Positions 63,033 through 64,000 of a DNA stretch of 64,000 nt are shown here, piece after piece. The stretch's first letter is position 1; every line of letters starts with the position of its first letter. The translations under genes and the position numbers were made by a program. Source of the DNA: an uncultured candidate division Zixibacteria bacterium (GTDB taxonomy: Bacteria; Zixibacteria; MSB-5A5; UBA10806). Below the pieces are notes generated by a model. The model had not been told where the DNA came from, searched no databases, and worked only from the letters and a program-made list of their open reading frames with translations. The stretch spans positions 1 to 64,000 of the forward strand of contig CAWFQL010000011.1 in the NCBI GenBank assembly GCA_963817915.1, given 5' to 3'.

Positions 63033-63416
63033 GTAAAGACGCAAGATTTTGCGTCTCTACAGGAATCGTGTTCGGACAGGTCGTAGTCATGACATGAAAT
63101 GTCGGGGCGTGACCTGTCCGCTTTAGGGTAGCTCAATCAGGTCACGTCCGCAGTGGCGGACTACGACCTGACTGAACCCGTAAACAAATTTTTTGTGGTG
63201 TCGGGTCGCCTGACCCGACACATATAATTCGAGCGTTTTCTGTCGGGTGCGGAGACCCGACAGCACCTGTCAACCCATAAACAATTGCGCTCTTACTATC
63301 TATTGAATTGCCGCTCGCTTTTGTGTATATTTAATCGCTTTAGTGGTGTCGGGTCGCCTGACCCGACACTTATAAATTGAGGTTTTTCTGTCGGGTGCGG
63401 AGACCCCACAGCACCT
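63033..63416. repeat. Mixed REP-like cluster including two 74-bp inverted REP doublets
   Basis: GTAAAGACGCAAGATTTTGCGTCTCTAC (63033-63060); GTGGTGTCGGGTCGCCTGACCCGACAC..CTGTCGGGTGCGGAGACCC.ACAGCACCT at 63195-63268 and 63343-63416. Confidence 0.9.
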
Positions 63417-63443
63417 TTGAATGCTGTTTAGGAGCAAATTAGA

Positions 63444-64000
63444 TTGTCAATACTCGATAAATTCTATTCAGGAGATGTGATATCATTGGCCAAGATCATC
63501 TCACATATCGAAAATCGCGGGCCGGAAACCGATGAAATCATGGCGCGGATTTATCAGAAGACTGGTAAGGCCCTGTCTATTGGAATTACGGGCCCGCCCG
63601 GCGCTGGTAAATCGACAATTGTGGATAAGCTCTGTTCGTTATTCTCGACTCGCGGGCAAAGTGTTGGAATAATTGCTGTCGATCCCTCGTCGCCATTCAC
63701 CGGCGGCGCGCTGCTTGGCGACCGTATCCGCATGCAAAATCTGTCATCATTGAAAAATGTATTTATAAGAAGCATGGCCACGCGTGGATCAACCGGTGGA
63801 CTGTCGTTTTCAACATCGGAAGTGATAAAGGTATTGGACGCGTTCGGGAAGGATATTATTCTTGTCGAGACAGTCGGGGTCGGACAGGTGGAGCTCGATG
63901 TCGCCGAGGCCTGCGATATTACTGTCGTAGTGCTTGTCCCGGAATCCGGCGATTCTATTCAGGCCATGAAAGCAGGTCTGATGGAAATAGCCGACATATT
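63444..64000 (+). CDS. meaB: Methylmalonyl-CoA mutase-associated GTPase MeaB/ArgK (3' partial; not in ORF track)
   Basis: TTG after AGGAG; IGITGPPGAGKST, AVDPSSPFTGGALLGDRIRM, FIRSMATRG, VETVGVGQ, IQAMKAGLMEIAD. Confidence 0.95.
   Translation, partial: MSILDKFYSGDVISLAKIISHIENRGPETDEIMARIYQKTGKALSIGITGPPGAGKSTIVDKLCSLFSTRGQSVGIIAVDPSSPFTGGALLGDRIRMQNLSSLKNVFIRSMATRGSTGGLSFSTSEVIKVLDAFGKDIILVETVGVGQVELDVAEACDITVVVLVPESGDSIQAMKAGLMEIADI

Noticed and set aside
1..64000. IS elements, prophage or defence island
   Set aside because: No transposase, integrase, phage structural or recognisable defence genes were found.

Overview
A 64-kb chromosomal window of a diderm bacterium, probably FCB-group-like (e.g. 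Zixibacteria/Calditrichota type). That placement is inferred from six secreted proteins ending in a T9SS type-A sorting tail and from GWxTD proteins. Housekeeping blocks are yebC-ruvCAB-DUF2905-queA-ispDF-dedA-ddl-HAD-M42 peptidase-cysS, uvrC-MBL-PHP-mpg, and deoB-cdd-pdp-meaB. Envelope and transport blocks are a YbhGFSR-like ABC exporter, TPR-exbB-exbD-exbD-tonB plus a tandem tonB paralog, a YknWXYZ-like MacAB exporter with TolC, and two GWxTD proteins. Regulators are a GAF-GAF-PP2C phosphatase, an orphan ECF sigma factor and an orphan PhoB-like regulator. About 16 genes, including essential cysS, are broken by 1-2 nt indels, most likely long-read consensus errors. No rRNA, tRNA, CRISPR array, transposase or phage gene was found. 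The most interesting signals are non-coding or below the ORF cut-off: (i) dense clusters of several REP-like palindrome families, one with clear compensatory base changes; (ii) a REP cluster lying in frame inside a lipoprotein signal peptide; (iii) two strong sigma54 promoters, one before a structured RNA/uORF coupled to an unannotated 35-aa membrane peptide and one before an anti-sigma-less ECF sigma; (iv) sigmaW-like ECF promoters before the Ykn-like and GWxTD operons; (v) Pho-box-like 11-bp repeats around a small-protein/sRNA island; (vi) several apparently leaderless promoters.
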